Below are positions 34,745 to 36,776 of a stretch of 36,776 bases of DNA, in pieces (the stretch's first letter is position 1; each line of letters starts with the position of its first letter). The position numbers and the translations under genes are program-made. Below the pieces are notes generated by a model, which did not search any database, was not told the DNA's origin, and saw only the letters and a list, made by a program, of their open reading frames with translations. Location of the stretch: positions 47,397,533 to 47,434,308 of the forward strand of contig NC_069000.1 of assembly GCF_001194135.2 (NCBI RefSeq). Reading direction: 5' to 3'. The DNA comes from Octopus bimaculoides (taxonomy: Eukaryota).

Positions 34745-35431
34745 ACTGTCATGACACTGCATCCTTCAAACCTTTCATGCTCCCACGCTGAAATTCACCA
34801 GTGTTCCTTCCACTGCTGGAAATCCCTTTTTGGGATGAGCTTTGAGAATGGCCAAAAGTTACATGGAGCCAAGTCTGGAGAGAGTAGGAAGCCTGATGAA
34901 CAAGTGGTGTGTTTTGCTTGACAAGGAAGGCTTGAATAACATGGGCAGAATAAGCGGGTGCGTTGTCATGGAGTCTCCAGTTCTTTGCTGCCTACAGACT
35001 ATTCCTTGAACTTTTGCAATCATTTCATCATTTCTGCTTGTCAATCGTCTGCCACAATGTGGCTCTCTGTCCACTGAGGTGCAGCCATCTTTGAACCGGT
35101 TGCACCACTCTTTTATTTTTGTTTTTCCGATAGCATCATCTCCAGAGGCCTTCTGCATCTTTTCAATAGTCTGGGCTTGCATATCACCAGGTTTTTGGCA
35201 GAATTTGATACAATATCTTTGTTCAATGGACTCAGTCATCTTGACTCAAAAAGAAAAATTGTACAGCACGCTCTTCATGTCTGCACTCAATGCATCGCTT
35301 TGGGCTGAATGGTGCAACCTACAGACACAATAATATCTGCGCATGCTCAGGAAAGATGCAGACACCTCATACCCATGCGAATTTTGTGCTAAACACAATC
35401 AAGGTCAGATACTTTTTCACTACACTTCATA
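34745..35431 (-). mobile_element. Internally deleted mariner (Tc1/mariner) transposon
   Basis: N-terminal HTH EQRYCIKFCQKPGD...KIKEWCNRFKDG..SVDREPHCGR joined directly to DNAPAYSAHVIQAFLVK...YSPDLAPCNFW. One TIR-like end, tatgaagtgtagtgaaaaagtatctgacctt, at 35431. The other TIR was not recognised. Confidence 0.85.
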
Positions 35432-36424
35432 TGTTAGAGGATACACAGCATGTATTGAAGCAACATAGTCATCTTTAACCAGACATCTTTTGTCAAAATA
35501 TTTATAGGAAAATCTGTTTTTGGTATTTGCTTTCATAACTCTACTGATGTAAACACACACACACACACACACGCATGTGTGTGTGTCCTGCAAGTCTTGC
35601 ATTCCTGCAGCAAATGCCATCTCTGAATTATTGCCATTCCATAAACACCTGATCCTTACTTTACTAATCACTAATCTGTCTGTCTGTCTCTCTATCTAAC
35701 TCATATTTATTTCTCTATCTCTCTGTATATCCCTCCCACAACCCCCCAACCCTGTAAAGTCATAAAACAGATGTTGTTGAAAATTGTGAAACTTCAATAT
35801 CAGATTTATAAAATAAATGTCATATCTTTATATGACACTCTGTGTATGTGAGAGAGAGAGAGAGAGAGGGAGAGAGAGAGAGAGAGANNNNNNNNNNNAG
35901 AGGGAGAGAGAGAGAGGGAGAGAGAGAGAGAGAGAGAGAGAGATGAGACAGACTTGGAACAGATGTTTAACTGATTTGAAAAAGAAAAGAAAACAAAACA
36001 AATGTCCAATACTCAACCAAACACCAAACACCAACCAGCTCCATTTTTGTATCATCTCGCCGTACTTGTATGGATGGTTTCTATTTCCAACCTTTTCTCC
36101 ATCCCTGCTATCATTTGATCTCAGTGTACCAGCTTATGATAGATCGCTGACCACTACATTTATATTTTTTTTCTACTTGTTTCTCTCCTTATTTCTTTCT
36201 GTGTTCCTTTCAGTTGAAGAGCGTAGCTCGAAACATCAAAGACTTTCTCTATTCCCGAGCGTTAAACTAATACATCCATTTGTTGTTTACACCGCCTGTC
36301 TTCGTCTGCTGTTGTTTTTTTCATAAATTCTCCTATATATATATACATATATATACACACACGATGAGCTTCTTTCAGTTTCCGTCCACCAAATCCACAG
36401 CCACTCCTGTGCCTACACAGTCAT

Positions 36425-36725
36425 ATATTTATATATATAAAAATGAGAATGTCTGTCTGTCTGTCTGTGTGAATCCCTAAAACTCGAGAACTACGCAACC
36501 AATTTCATTCAAATTTTACAGATGCCTTACTTAGGGTTCCAGTTGTGTTTTAGTCAAAAAAATGTTTAACTTCTTGCAGAGTTCGAGCCCACGGCAACAT
36601 AATATCTCCTCCACTATTTAAGTATTATGTGTCAAAAGTGAAACAAAAACACTCATGTCAAATACTTTCACTTTAAAAATGAAACTATTCTACTAACTGA
36701 AACAATCACATTTCGATACTGTAAT
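36425..36725 (+). mobile_element. Possible non-autonomous Helitron/HINE-like element 5' end
   Basis: atatatataaaaatgagaatgtctgtctgtctgtctgt followed by aaaactcgagaactacgcaaccaatttcattcaaatttt, a layout typical of DINE/HINE-type repeats. Confidence 0.35.
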
Positions 36726-36776
36726 GACAGATACTTTCAGAGAGAGAGAAAGAGAGAGAAAGAGATGTATATGTAT

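Noticed and set aside
1-36776. CRISPR arrays, rRNA, prokaryotic operons
   Set aside because: No regularly spaced repeat-spacer array or rRNA-like sequence; the window is clearly eukaryotic and intron-containing.

Overview
Eukaryotic genomic DNA: AT-rich, intron-rich, dense in microsatellites, SINEs and RTE LINE fragments, with six N-gaps. The repeat families resemble those I recall from octopus (coleoid cephalopod) draft assemblies; this is an inference, not a database result. Almost all ORFs in the supplied track are spurious, so gene models were built by hand from splice signals and reading-frame phase. (1) + strand, 617-5698: the last five coding exons of a C8orf76-like TPR protein, carrying a His/Cys/Asp/Thr-rich internal repeat. 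(2) - strand, 18549->6257: an unannotated-looking gene of about 143 aa, made of a signal-peptide exon, a chain of symmetric phase-1 exons (6, 33, 186, 30 and 21 nt) encoding a Gly/Thr/Asp-rich spacer, and a last exon resembling a GPI-anchor signal. This is the most interesting feature in the window. (3) + strand, from about 28.7-29.8 kb: the probable 5' end of another secreted or membrane protein gene, whose downstream exons are unresolved. The remainder is tRNA-derived SINEs, RTE LINE fragments, Penelope-like remnants, a deleted mariner, TTAA-type MITEs and simple repeats. No rRNA, intact tRNA or CRISPR array was found.
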